From Octopus sinensis (lineage: Eukaryota), in NCBI RefSeq assembly GCF_006345805.1, contig NC_043001.1, forward strand, positions 8,742,001-8,806,000: 64,000 bases of DNA, in the 5' to 3' direction. The notes below the pieces were generated by a model, which was not told where the DNA came from, ran no database searches, and saw only the letters and a program-made list of their open reading frames with translations. The position numbers and the translations under genes are program-made. Numbering within the stretch: the stretch's first letter is position 1; the number at the start of each line of letters is the position of its first letter. Positions 1 through 14,080 of the stretch are shown piece after piece.

Positions 1-38
<38 letters not shown>

Positions 39-39
39 T

Positions 40-70
<31 letters not shown>

Positions 71-78
71 TAATAATA
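1..78. repeat. (TAA)n microsatellite
   Basis: Direct trinucleotide repeat. Confidence 0.98.
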
Positions 79-575
79 GATGCAGACTATAAGCACTGCG
101 ATAATTTGCTACGGAGTTCAGCGCTAAAGGTATAGTGTGAAGGCTTCATCTTAGCTGCCTAGAATCAAAGGTTATTCAGTCGAAAATCCGAAGCCAATGT
201 GATGAAAAAAATTAAGTACATTCAAAATGCCGGTACTTGACCGTTGAGGATTATATAGTGGACCACCTGATCTCTGGGTGTAACAGTGTCGGCACCTATG
301 AAGTATAAATGAAGACATAGCACAGTTGACCAATATCTACACTGGTCAATATGTCCGCATTATAAAGTCAAAACTTCTGACAAATGGTGTAACTACTACA
401 CTGAGGCTGTAACTGAGGGAGGAAATATAACGATTGCTTGGGACCTTCTGGTACATACAGACAAAAGCATCAAAGCTAATAAATCGAAGATTGTTGTAAA
501 AGAGTAAAAAGACAATGTCAATAATTTCTGTTTATTGATCGACAGGAGTATTCCTTCTGATCGTAATATCTCGGC

Positions 576-964
576 GTGGAGGCGCAATGGCCCAGTTGTT
601 AGGGCAGCGGACTCGCGGTCGTAGGATCGCGGTTTCGATTCCCAGACCGGGCGTTGTGAGTGTTTATTGAGCGAAAACACCTAAAAGCTCCACGAGGCTC
701 CGGTAGGGGATGGTGGTGATCCCTGCTGTACTCTTTCACCACAACTTTCTCTCACTCTTACTTCCTGTTTCTGTTGTACCTGTATTTCAAAGAGCCGGCC
801 TTGTCACTCTCTGTGTCACGCTGAATCTCCCCGAGAACTGCGTTAAGGGTACACGTGTTTGTGGAGTGCTCAGCCACTTACACGTTAATTTCACGAGCAG
901 GCTGTTCCGTTGGTCGGATCAACCGGAACCCTCATCGTCGTAACCGACGGAGTGCTTCCATCCA
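576..964 (+). mobile_element. tRNA-derived SINE (head GGAGGCGCAATGGCCCAG..; 'family A'), full length with TSD
   Basis: A-box TGGCCCAGTTG and B-box GGTTTCGATTCC; 11-bp target-site duplication AATATCTCGGC at 565-575 and 965-975. Confidence 0.92.
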
Positions 965-1113
965 AATATCTCGGCAAAAGAAATTGACAAACCGAGAAAA
1001 TATGATACGCTTATTCAATTCGAAAAATGTGGCATCTTAAGAAACTTACAGAAACAGTAAATGTAGGAGCAACTGGAATGATCAAGAATGGAACTGAAAA
1101 TTTTTATGAGTAA

Positions 1114-1512
1114 CTAGCCGTATCGCCCTGCGTTGCTATGGTTTGTAAGGAAAATATCTATATAAGCATTTTTAGAGAGTTACAGCCAAAAAATAGCAAG
1201 TAAATGCATTAAAAATGGAAAAAAAATGATGGTAAATTTTTTTTTTTAAATCGTTGACTCATCGTAGACATTTTTAGAGAGTTACTTCCCTTATATAATA
1301 GCGAAAAAATGCATTGAGATGGAAATAAATGATGGTAATTTTTTTTAAAATCGTAAACTCATCGTAAACGCGCGCTAATACCCAGAAGGGCTCGATATGA
1401 ATCACGACTACAAGATACCCGGTTTTGGTTAAACTGCACTGAAAAACGTGGGAGTAGTTAGGAATCTAAATCGTAGGAGACAGACACACAACTTCTCTTT
1501 TATATATAAAGA
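1114..1512 (-). mobile_element. Non-autonomous Helitron
   Basis: On the minus strand it starts TC and ends with a subterminal GC-rich hairpin-like sequence plus CTAG. Inserted between A and T with no TSD; near-identical to 22008-22399. Confidence 0.85.
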
Positions 1513-1889
1513 TGATCCTGGCTTATCATCCATGTAGGAAGTTAAGAAGATTGTTTCAACTAATATGACGCACCTATTGTTTACTTGTCACTGCGAATTT
1601 TCTTTTCTCAATTCCACTTTTTTGTTTATTTCTTTATATGCTTCAGACGTCTGACTGCGGCCATGCCGGAGCACAGCATTTATTTTGTTCCTTTTTTATT
1701 TTTTTCTATATTTTGCTATTTTCCCCTTATCTTTCTTTCTGTTTTCCTTCTATTTTTATTACATAACTTGACGTCGTAAATGAACAATCTGGTATTGTTT
1801 TTTTTATTTTAATGGCCTACCAATCTATACAGAGAATTTTTCTGCCCTTGGTGTCAGGAAGACAGAAATGGAAAAAATTTTAGATGATA

Positions 1890-2165
<276 letters not shown>

Positions 2166-2732
2166 TAATGGCGTGTATGTATGTTTCTACGTATGTATAT
2201 ATATATGTATAAATCTGTATGTGTATGTGGAAACCTACAATTCAATGACTTCTTTACTGGAAATAACTTATGTTTCCAGATACATACATTTGCAATGTTT
2301 AAAGCGATTGCTTAACCGAATGTATGTTATTCGATTAGAAGTAAATATAGTCGAAGCCGGTATCGACCTACGCTTCAGAAGTGGCTCTCACTCAGTTTCA
2401 CGCCTACTTCACAGCCATCCAAATCCTCGCAGTGATAAATTGTACTTGAAATAAGTCAAAACTATTACAGACTTACATATCTTAGGAATTATTGAAGTGA
2501 ATATGTCAATGATTTACGTAAGTCTCGAATACAAAGACGTCACGTCGAACAAGAGAACAAGCAGAAAAAAAAAAATAAAAGAACCAAGACCATCTTCAAC
2601 ATCTGAATAGTTACTAAATATTTCTAAAATATCAAAAGTGAAAGAATAGTATATTTGGATGACCTCTGGTAAAGACACACACACACACACATGCATATAT
2701 ATATATATTATATATATATAATATATATATAT

Positions 2733-2766
<34 letters not shown>

Positions 2767-2797
2767 ATATATGTGTGCGTGTGTGTATGTATGCATG

Positions 2798-2830
<33 letters not shown>

Positions 2831-2835
2831 TATAT

Positions 2836-2878
<43 letters not shown>

Positions 2879-3000
2879 GAGAGAGAGAGGGGTATTTATT
2901 ATATATAAATATATGACCATATACATGCAGTTATAATTTATACATCAATACATATTATACATACACACACAGATATATATATGTATATATATATATATTA

Positions 3001-3047
<47 letters not shown>

Positions 3048-4687
3048 TGGAGACGTACACATACATGTACACGAGTCTTATATTTCTATATATTTCTATA
3101 ATATTACATCTGAATAATAACAAAAAAAAAAAACAGAAATATTGGAAAAGCTAAACAATTCATGCATAGTTTTGTTCGAAAATGTCAAAAGATTGTTTAC
3201 ACATATTAATGCAGAAAATAACCTTTAAATAATTTGTCAAAAAGTCAGAAAATCACCCAAGTGACAGAGACATTCTTAGAAAATATCCAAGATATTTTGA
3301 TGGAAATCTCGTTGTGAAATTCGTATGAAAACACTATAAAAAAACTGAAAGATTATGGTTAAAGACTTCTGGAGAATGACCTCGACTTTAATAATATAGA
3401 ATCGAACGTATAATTTCATATGTATGCCATTTTCTGTATGAGACCTCGAACAGTTTCAAAAGAGAAACATTAAATAATGGAAAGATAAAACAGAAAAATC
3501 TTTTGGAAATATTTCTTATAAAAGTAAGTGAACCAGACATAAATAAAAACATTATTTCGAAGTGGAAATACTTAAACAATAAATACTATATTTTCTTCTG
3601 ACATTTGTTCCATATATGTTGAAATTAAACGAAGACTAGATAATAGTCTATAAACGTTAAATGCTCTCAACTGCCAGTTATAAATTAATTTTTTCTAGTA
3701 AACCATTTAAGGTAGCTCGAACAAAAATCTAATTCCTGTTGCTCCGATACAGCAAAATTGATGTGTCTTTTTAAAAGTCGTTGCGGTGTAGTCTCTGTCT
3801 TTTTATCTGTCTGTTTGTATGTGCTTAGCTAAGTATTGAAATCTACAAATTTCTTAGAACCAGCTCATTTCTTGTAACGTTCAATCCATTAATGTATAAT
3901 TACATCATTTTTACATAAACACACAAACACAGACTTACACAAACACATTTATGTATACATGTATGCATGTATGCGTATGGATTCAAAATCAAAGATACCA
4001 AAATTGAAACAAGCCCAAGGCTTTCTATTCGTATTAAATAAAGATAGATCAAAGGATTAGTCATTCAAGAAAACTAATAAATGAATCTTATCAAAGATCT
4101 CATGTTATGTTAGGGTTTTAGAAAGAAAATCTCTTAATTAGAATCAACTGGTGAGGTTTTGAAAGAATGCAGATATTAAGTAACTGATATGCAAAAATGT
4201 GAATAAGATAAGCCAGAGTAATCCCTGGTAGTGAACGCCAAAAGATGCTTATATCCAAATGCTAATTTCAAGGTGTTCAGTAAAGGCAGACACGACAATT
4301 TCACGACAATAATATAATGGAATACCTTAATTATCATAGAGTGTCTTATCTGAGTGGCCGAGTCGTGATGTAAATCTTTTGGCACATATTTAGGTATCCA
4401 GTAATATATGAAAGCTTGGAATCTTGCGCAGGTATGTGTACTATAATCTTCGGTGGACGTATATCTTCGGAAACAAGTTACAAATAACGAGACTGTGCGG
4501 AGTCCATCATTTGGTTTCCTCAGCAATTTCAAAGCATATCCATACCAACCCTCAGAATACATTTCGTCAATTTCATTTCATTGATGAAACTAACAGAAAC
4601 ACATTCGCATATATATATATTTGCATATATACACACATACATATACAAACACACACACACACACACACACACATGTATATGCATATA

Positions 4688-5103
4688 CGAAGGAGTAGAC
4701 ATAAGTAACCAGAAACTTTCTGTGTGGGACAAACACGTTCAAGCCTCTGCCACTTGATGTGACCCACATGCATCGGTTTGCTGACTGGTTTACATCCAAT
4801 GCAGCCGTACACCCAAGTGGTGCGTCTTTGTCTTCAAGTGCTTCTCACCTGTTCGACGATTTTTGAGATGGCTGAGAGACGGAAGCATAAGTCATGCTTC
4901 AAACAGCTTAGTAGGACACTGCCAAAAGCAAAACACAAGTTTATGAGTGATTTTAACGCTTTAGGAATATTCATTTGTCCAATGATGACCAATCTCGTTT
5001 AGAATGACCGTCGACCTCCCGAAAGAGCGAAAACATCCTAAACATTCAGGAACTGATCATGGAGGACTGTCACAGAAAAAATCTTCAAACTTGTTGAAAT
5101 GAC
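4688..5103 (+). mobile_element. mariner DNA transposon 5' remnant (TIR plus HTH region, disrupted)
   Basis: Begins TA|CGAAGG (mariner TIR-like). Translation DTAKSKTQVYE*F*RFRN..DDQSRLE*PSTSRKSENILNIQELIMEDCHRK resembles the mariner transposase N-terminal HTH region. Confidence 0.75.
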
Positions 5104-5180
5104 ACACACAGACAAACACACACTCACACACACACACACCACACACACACACACACAAACATGTATATATATATAATCAA

Positions 5181-5410
5181 GGCAGCGAACTGGCAGAAAC
5201 GTTAGCACGCCGGGCGAAATGCGAAGCCGTATTTCATCTGCCGTTACGTTCTGAATTCAAATTCCGCCGAGGTCGACTTTGCCTTTCATCCTTTCGGGGT
5301 CGATAAATTAAGTACCAGTTACGCACTGGGGTCGATGTAATCGACTAAATCCCTTTGTCTGTCCTTGTTTGTCCCCTCTGTGTTTAGCCCCTTGTGGGTA
5401 GTAAAGAAAT
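5181..5410 (+). mobile_element. tRNA-derived SINE with Meta-like central domain ('family M')
   Basis: GGCAGCGAACTGGCAGAAAC head; GAGGTCGACTTTGCCTTTCATCCTTTCGGGGTCGATAAATTAAGTACCAG core; many copies in the window. Confidence 0.9.
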
Positions 5411-5879
5411 ATATATATATAATCAAATGAATAAGAACAGACTATGGGTAATTGTCAGATCATAGTGCTAGTTTTCTCTGTGTACACAAACGGAAACTCC
5501 TATTTGATACTTAACAACTACAGGCCAGAACCACATGTTTATTCAACCTTACCTGGTGCAAGTCTTCTCAAGTACTTCATTCTATTTGAAACTTTATATT
5601 ACTATACATATATGCGTGTATGTGTTTATTTGTGTGTGCTTTAAAACTTGCCTCTTTCAAATAGTAACAGTGGCTGTGTAAACTACTTCCTCTCCACGTT
5701 TTCTTTTAATGAATGACGCAATTTGACCTCTTTAACATAATTTGATTTTTTGGTGCGAAGGGTTACCTCAGAAAATATATTCCTTACACATATGTTGATG
5801 CATTTATGCGTTGTATGTGTGCGTCTGTATGTCTGTCTCTCTCTCTCTCTTTCGCTCTCGACCTCCACATATATATATA

Positions 5880-5920
<41 letters not shown>

Positions 5921-5998
5921 TTAGAGACAAAACCACTATTTTGCAAATCAAACAAAGAAAGACTTAATCCAATACATAAAAAAATTTAATATAAATAA

Positions 5999-6039
<41 letters not shown>

Positions 6040-6040
<1 letters not shown>

Positions 6041-6170
6041 GGCGCGTCTTTCAGTTTCCCCCTACAATATCCACTCACATGGCTTTGTTTGGCCCGAGGC
6101 TACAGTAGAGGACAACTGCCAATATTTTCATGTTGTGGGACTGAAAAAGGAAACATTTTGTAGTGAGGGA
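6040..6170 (-). mobile_element. Degenerate fragment of CORE-like SINE ('family C')
   Basis: Reverse complement resembles the ..GTGAGTGGAT..GAAACTGAAAGA.. segment of 16947-17382. Confidence 0.6.
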
Positions 6171-6214
6171 AATTCCTCACCACACAGACACTCCTACGCC
6201 AATATATATATATG

Positions 6215-6254
<40 letters not shown>

Positions 6255-6287
6255 CATCTCTCTCTATTTCTCTCTCTCTCTCTCTCT

Positions 6288-6335
<48 letters not shown>

Positions 6336-6337
<2 letters not shown>

Positions 6338-6639
6338 AGGCGCAATGGCCCAGTGGTTAGGGCAGTGAACTCGCGGTCGTAGAATCGCGGTTTCGATTCC
6401 CAGACCGAGCGTCGTGGGTGTTTATAGAGCGAAAACACCTAAAAGGCTCCACGAGGCTCCGACAGGAGGTGGTAATCCCTGCTGTACTCTTTCACCACTC
6501 TTTCTCCTACTCTTTCTTCTGTTGGCCTGCTCGCTTAGCCAGCGGGGTGGCGTCATTCGAAAGCTAAAACAATGCGCACGCATTGTGACCAGCGATGTGT
6601 AACTACATCTGCTTGACTGGTCGGTCATGTGACCGTGAT

Positions 6640-6646
<7 letters not shown>
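6336..6646 (+). mobile_element. SINE family A head and body with an alternative 3' tail
   Basis: First ~170 nt match 576-750; tail (GTTGGCCTGCTCGCTTAGCCAGCGGGGTGG..) is unrelated to the 576-964 tail. Confidence 0.85.
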
Positions 6647-6670
<24 letters not shown>

Positions 6671-6740
6671 AATGTATATATATAGATATATAGATATATA
6701 TATGTATATAAAGATATATATATGTATATATATGTACATA

Positions 6741-6773
<33 letters not shown>

Positions 6774-6918
6774 GATTGATTTTGATTTGATTGATTTGAT
6801 TTTTCCAGTTTCAGCTAATGAGCTGTGGCCATGCTGGGGCACCGCCATTTGGTTTGCTACATGGTTTTACCTGACGAATGCTTTTTAGCAACTGCCATTA
6901 TATATATATATATATAAT

Positions 6919-7034
<116 letters not shown>

Positions 7035-7040
7035 TAGATA

Positions 7041-7224
7041 TGGAGGCACATGGCCTAGTGGTCGAAGTATCGCGGGTTCGAAACACAGACCGGGTGATAT
7101 GTGTGTTTATGTGCGAAACACCTAAGCTCCACGTAATGGTAATGGTGAACTTCCGATGACTCTTTCGCCACAAATTTCTCTCACTCTTTCCTCCTGCATC
7201 TCGCAGCTCACCTGCGACGGACCG
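7041..7224 (+). mobile_element. Degenerate SINE family A relative with a third tail type
   Basis: GGAGGCACATGGCCTAGTGG head, GAAACACCTAAGCTCCACG body, tail CAGCTCACCTGCGACGGACC. Confidence 0.7.
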
Positions 7225-10200
7225 CACTAAGAAAATTCATGTATTTAAATACAGGGCGTTTTGTCGTGTTTTGGTTATATGCTTAATTTTGTTGATGATA
7301 TCATTCATGTAAACGGCAATAATGTATTTCATATGAAAAGAACTTCAGTTTTCTATAATTGGATGGCGGTCATTTTTGGCTCCGATATGACTATCGTGTA
7401 AGAAATACATTTTCCTGAATAAGATGTAGAAATTTTGAAATGCTTTGAATTAAGAAAATATATTTACGTTACAAAACTCATAGCTAGACGTTCACGCAGA
7501 TAACCTATGGTGTATTTGACATAATACTTTCAAGTTTTAATACCTACAACAAACATTGATGGATATCTTTGGAAGACAGCTAATCAGAATTAAGTAGGTA
7601 GTAGTGATACTCAGTGCCCTTCCCTTCAAACATCTCTGTCACTAAGAAATATGACATAAAAGGAAAATGTGTTCAATTTCCGGTGATATAATGGTCTATA
7701 TTCTCCTTCACACTGTAGAGAATTTTCACAATACAAGATTATGTGCACAACTTCCGGTCCGTCTGGCTAAAAGGGCAAACCTCTATTTCTTATGAACAAA
7801 ACAATCGATTATTTCTCAACCATTTTCCTATTATTTACATACAAAATACGTCTACGAATTCTGATCCACGTTTTGCTAATATATTCCAGTTTGACGTTTT
7901 ATCTAGGAAAAATGTTTTTATAACCAGTGAGTAATTTATAATGCTGAATAACTCATATGAGACTATAAGGCTTCGTTCCTTAAAATAATTTAGAATATCT
8001 TTTAGTTTTTCCCAGCAAGATTATTATTGTTGTTGTTGTTTAATTAGATATAAATGTGCTGAAATCCTTTTATATGTCTTTCCTTTCTCTATATTGTTAA
8101 TATTGCATCATCCATCGTAGCTAAAATTATGGTATAATGCATTATCAAAGCATTATCTACATAATTTTTTTTCTTATTTGAATGCATTTTATTTCAATTT
8201 CGAGCTTTTTATTTATAAACGTAATTTTTAAAGAAGACATATATAATTTCTTCTTAGGAATAAATGAATAAAAGAAACATACTTACTGCGCAATTCGGAA
8301 ATCTTATTATCTACGAAAATCTTAGGAATCGTATTAATGGGCTCAAATTAATGCATTTCTATTGTATATGGCCAAAATGCTTTCAGAGCAGGAAATATGT
8401 TTTAAAAGAGTTAATAGAACACTAGCAACAAAATCAAATGAAATACTACATAAAAATAACACTTAATTCCTCGTAAGAAATCGAAGTGCGTTGCATTTGT
8501 AATAAAAGAGATCAATTGAGCATTTTTACCTAGCTATAAATTTTTCGGAAGCTCTTAGTGGCTGAATATTATCTATGCTAGTAAAGACAGTAAATAAAGT
8601 TCTACGCCAATTGGTTTGGAATATATTGCATAAAAACGAACGAACAGAAGAGTAGTATTGACTGTGAGAAATTTTCTCATTTTATGAAGCTAAATCGCCA
8701 TTTAATGTCTGATAACATAACATGGTTATTTAATCTTCCAGTTTACATCTTGAAGTCAACTGCAGTAACATCAGAAACAGTAGCTATTTAACATAGTAGC
8801 AACAATAGTTTTTCACAAAAGGTTTCAGAGAGATATTTCTTTGCAAACTATCACTTTATACAGTGAATTATTTCCTTTTATATTTTGAAACTTCAATATG
8901 TTTCCTGATGTAATATTTCGAATATTTGGAATTGAATAACATTTTTTTTCACCATTATGTTACTCCGTCGCTAAATATTGATTTTTTTGTTAAGCACAGA
9001 CGTTTGATTGGAGAAACTATTTTACTGGATGTTTCTTCAACAGTAACGGATGAATGAAAGAAATGTTTATAGATGCGGGACTTAGAATTCTAAGCCAAAG
9101 ACAGTTTAAAACATTGAAAATGATATCATGAATAATTTATAATGTAAACCTATTGTATCAGCCACTTATACAAATCTGTCTTCAAGTTACTCGTAATAGA
9201 GTTCTTTCAGTCATTAATCGGTTATTCCTTTCGCGAGTGCCTAATTCCGTAAGCCGAATTATTCATTCCGTATTTATGTAGTTTGCAACACTCGAGGAAA
9301 TACTTTTAATACTTGCATATTACAGTTAAACTTCCTTACATGATTTAATACATGTATATCAAGCGGAAATACAAAATGAAGAAATTGCGATTCAGACTTT
9401 TGTGTCGCATAAAACTAATAAACGATTCTCAAACGGCGTAACGTCTCTGTGAATAAAGGCTTCATAGCTCTGAACTTTTCGAGCATTATATATCATATAT
9501 CAAACACTTTTCTCCTGGTATTATATCTTATTCTAATATGAATGAAAATAATTTAAGCGTATTTAAGTAACCTAAAACTATAAGCGTACCTCTAAAGAGC
9601 TCAGAAAGAAAGAAAATTATAATTTGATTCTTGTTATTTATATATTTATCAAATGAGATTAAGCCATTGTTAACCGTCTTCCAACACTGTATACGTATTA
9701 TCAAGTCTGTTCTGTGTCGTGACAAGCTTCGCCAAGCGTAAATGTTTTTATTTCATTCTCGTTGCTTTGTATGAAAAAATGGCGGTCAATGTTTAAGATG
9801 TTGGTTTCGTTGATTTTTATGAGAGAGAAGAAGAAGTCATTAATGGCCAGGATTTATTCATCGATATGTCTTTTGTCATTTTCTTTCTATCGCATCGGGA
9901 ATCGTATACGACAAGATTCATTTAATCTCTAGCGTGGCGATTACTGATCAATACTATAAAGCACATTTTCCGAATTAAAACCATTAGGATATATTTAGAA
10001 GGGAATAGATCTCAGCAAAATGTTAGATGAATTTTTTAATGTCAAAAGCTAGACATTAATAAGTCACATTTTTTTTAATGAAAAGTACAATTGTAAGTCA
10101 TAACAATTTGTCGAAACGAAAACGTAACACATTTACAGTAATTATATTTACATTTCTTGGATGCCGTTTTGAACGAACGACAACGTACTATTGGTAAGAC

Positions 10201-11557
10201 AATTGACAAATATATTTTCTTTTTCTCACTCAAAATAACTCATTTGATCGAATTTTTCTCAAAATAACTAACCCATTAATGGAAACATGTTAATTGAAAT
10301 GAAAAAGGAAATAAAGCTTGGAAACTAAATTTAGTAAAATCTGTAGCCATCTCGACTTTCCAGATATCGTTCCCTTGGCAATATTTCTCACTAAATGATA
10401 TACTTGAACAATTGAATCTCAACAACTAACTTCTTAAGTACACATTTTTTAAAAATTTTATATTTCTATTTTAAAACACTCCAATTTTTAAGATACAAGA
10501 CATTCACCTTGCACAGAGTGTATTCCAAGTTTCCCCACAGTTATATTATTTCATTAACTTAGTTATTTTGCATTTAATATTGTATTTACAGCATGCAGCA
10601 TACTCGTTGTGCCTCGTTTGACTATGCGACATAGAGAGAATTGAAACGCCTTTAGAAATTCTTTATTCATTTTTATTTAGTATATTGATATTTGTTTTAG
10701 GAATAATTATAATCAGACTACTGTTGTTTCAAAATTAGAAGCAAAAATATATCTAATTGTTATTCTATAATTAAACGTTGTTTGTTTACCCGATTCGTTT
10801 GCCAATAATAATATAGGCATTAATAGCGTCCTTCTTCAGATAAACGCGTATAGAAATACTAAATGTAGGTTTCTGCCATGAGCGCTATGCTACTAACGTA
10901 ATAAAAAGGTTATAATTGAATGCATCTATTCCAATACTTCATTGGTTCTTCTTTTATCAGTTGTGGTAAGATAAACGGCCCTGTCAAACGTAGTAGATCT
11001 TGAACTTTGAACATATGTGGTTGGGTATTCTGCAAAATAATCCGTTTGTTATTCTGCCGACTCAGTACCGTAATTAAACAACGGCGAAATATTATATTAA
11101 TATTTTGATCATTTTGTGTGTGCAGGGGTGTATGTAGAGTTTGGGTTCGATAATTGTATTAGAACACTAGCAGAAAGCTACTCAACGTTGAACACAGATA
11201 TCATATTAATTGATTCTTTTCATATTTTTATAAAATTTTCCTGAGAAGAAAAACATCTCTAACGGATTTTGCAAAAAGTTTGCTTTCTTAAAACGACACC
11301 CAGTCATTTTCGTCAGGTTATTAAATTATTCGTAATTAGGAATTTTGTAGATATTGAAGTTAAATGGTCACTTCTATATTGTTTCGGTTATAGAACGGAA
11401 AAGAAGATATTAGAGTTTTCACAATCACATAAAGTAAACACTGTGTGTACAATTCCTTTTATATCATGGATTTCAGGTATGGCTTCGGATGGGGACACAA
11501 GTTGTACAAGGAATACGAACTTTTCCCATTTTATTCATATTATGATAAGGCGTAGTA

Positions 11558-11745
11558 ATGGCGCTGAGTTGGCCGAATCTGGCCAAAGTCTTAGCGTCAT
11601 TTCGTCAGTTTCAGATTCCGTCGAGGTTGACTTTGTTTTCATACTTTCGGGTCGATATAATTAGTATCAACTGGGCTCAGGGGTCGCAGTAAGCAACTTA
11701 CATCCTACTCCGAAGTTGCTAGCCTTGTCTCACAATTTCGATCCA
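11558..11745 (+). mobile_element. Degenerate family M SINE
   Basis: GATTCCGTCGAGGTTGACTTTGTTTTCATACTTTCGGGTCGATA resembles the family M core. Confidence 0.7.
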
Positions 11746-12431
11746 TTTCGAACAATTATGATATGGAGTGTTGCAAAAATTAGAATGGAGTGGAATCAAA
11801 ATAGTAATTATTTTGAAATTCATTGCTTTTGTAAAATTCCTATTTACGTTTCCTTCGGTTTAATTGCATATTTAATCATACACACGTACAAATATATACG
11901 CGGTTACTTGGAGAACATGATCTCGAAAGAGGCATCGCCCTCATGGAATATCTTGAATTTAAATGTGTCCTCAAATGGATGCGTGAGAGTATTTTTAACG
12001 TAAAACAACACCAGCTATAAAGACATGTGACTTGAAGCGCAGTTTCAATTATTTAAATATTTCAACCATTTTACATGAATCACCAAGACATAAACTACAC
12101 TTCTCATATATATGAAAAGAGCTCCATATTATTTGGCATTTGATTTGAATTATTCTAGTTCCTTGTAAATGGCTGTCATTATTTCGTCCCTGTGAAAATT
12201 TGAGACCAATATTTACATTATCATACAGAAAAAATCTGCTCTTAATTCTCTCGCCTAAAACGTAGCCTTTACAATATATTATTTTAGTAGCCATATCTTA
12301 CACATATAAGAAATTCAGGATTAGTGATCTATAGTGTTGCTTTAGTAGTTTTTACATAAAACAATTCAATATACGAGATAAGAACCCCATATGTTTTACT
12401 CAAGATGCTGACATTTTAAACCCCAATTGCC

Positions 12432-12462
<31 letters not shown>

Positions 12463-12569
12463 TATATATATAATGGGAAGCTTTATGAAAATAAACAAAA
12501 GACGAAGGCAGGTGGAGTACAAACAAACAATTGTATTAGTATGGCACTCAGGAATATAAATAAAACAAG

Positions 12570-12607
12570 TCTTTTACGTTTCGAGCCTACGCTCTTCAAC
12601 AGAAAGA
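12570..12607 (-). ncRNA. Minimal hammerhead-ribozyme-like motif (core variant CUGUUGA) in a ~210-bp repeat (about 12476-12686)
   Basis: Minus strand: UCUUU-CUGUUGA-A-GAGC-GUAG-GCUC-GAAAC-GUA-AAAGA. Stem I 5 bp, stem II 4 bp, palindromic ACGU stem III; A6 is substituted. Confidence 0.6.
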
Positions 12608-13535
12608 TACACAGAAAAGAAACACGGAGAGAAACAAGGAGAGAATAAAAATGCGTGCAGAAGCTAGCGATTCAACATGGCGATTATATATATATATATA
12701 TGGCGAATATATATATATATATATTGCTTATTTTGATTATAACCACCCCATTTTGAATTATATGGGTAACACCATACTAAATTCTGGTGCCTTTAACTTA
12801 AGTACCGTATTCTACTGAGTCTAAATTTTTACTGAACCTATATTTATATATATATACAATAACAATAATAGCCTGTAAGTGAGCAGAGAAATAATTGACC
12901 GTAATTATTTTTGTACAAGTGTAATAATTTAAGACATCGATCGGGAAATGCAAATAAATTTCAGCATCACTAACTTTCCGGTTCTAACGACGAGGATGCT
13001 GTTGGCATTTAATTGCACTTTGAAATGTTGTTATCAATAAAGACATTACTTCACTTTGCTTTTATAATGTTCCTCAGTTATTCTTGGAATTAAAATCTTC
13101 CAGTTTATCTTTTTTACTCATTCCATCTCTCCCCCCACTCTCTCAGCTCCCGGCTTTTTACTCCAGTCCGTTATCTCTATTTTTCCTTCAGCTCTTCCCC
13201 GTCGCTTTATCTCTCACTTCCTCTCCTTCCCTTTCGCTCCGTCTCATTCTCTCTCTCGCGCTCGCACAATTTTCCTCTTTTGTTATTTTTGGTAACGCCG
13301 TCTGCATGATTCCTGCTGTTACTGTTTACTCTTTGTTTATTATTATTCTCCTTGACGATTTATTCCGCAACTATCTTCCTGACTTCTAAATGGTATCAAA
13401 ACATTTAACATGTTTTTAAATGTGTACACGTGTGTATATATACGTATGTGTGTCGGTAAATATCTTTTATGTACATTCATGCATGAAGATATCTGTGTGC
13501 GTATAAGCGTGTATGTATATTCGCATGTGTGTGTT

Positions 13536-13583
<48 letters not shown>

Positions 13584-13942
13584 TGTGTCTTTATGTGTCT
13601 ATACACTTTTGTCTCGTTCACTCTGTCTTCCATTATCACTAAATCTTTTCATTTTAATTCTTGCTGAGATATCGCACATACGATATTCAATCGTCTGTGC
13701 TTTCACTTTTGCTTCGTTTCGTTTTTTTTTTTAAATTCAAACAATTCAGTTTCTTGGTCGATTCTATCTCAATATATTTTATTTCATCGATTCTCTCATC
13801 TTTCATAACGCTATGAGTGTATCTATTTTGTATACTCAGTCCTCCAAGCGTTCGATAGTCTCACTAATCCTAGTTTATTCGATCATTATCGTATTTATCT
13901 CATTATATATTATTCCAAAACCATTGATGGTAATTTGTATAT

Positions 13943-13973
<31 letters not shown>

Positions 13974-13977
13974 TATA

Positions 13978-14008
<31 letters not shown>

Positions 14009-14080
14009 TATTTGTATATATATACATATAATATATATGTATATATATATATACATATATATATGTATGTATTATATATA

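Larger units (their letters stand above)
79..1875 (+). mobile_element. Degenerate 3' portion of a Dong/R4-like RLE non-LTR retrotransposon, interrupted by a SINE and a Helitron
   Basis: Manual translation gives CEGFILAA*NQRLFSRKSEANVMK..DHLISGC..YLHW, then WDLLVHTDKSIKANK..CLLIDRSIPSDRNIS/AKEIDKPRKY. The 3' end (1513-1875) matches the fragment at 53983-54274. Flanked by TAA/CTA tracts. Confidence 0.8.

Noticed and set aside
4394-4431. Possible 38-nt exon (YPVIYESLESCA) with TTTAG / GTATGT
   Set aside because: Short and unrecognised; such site pairs arise by chance in AT-rich DNA.
11474-11552. Protein-like frame YGFGWGHKLYKEYELFPFYSYYDKA*
   Set aside because: No clear donor, ambiguous acceptor/donor at CAG|GTATGG, and no recognisable family.
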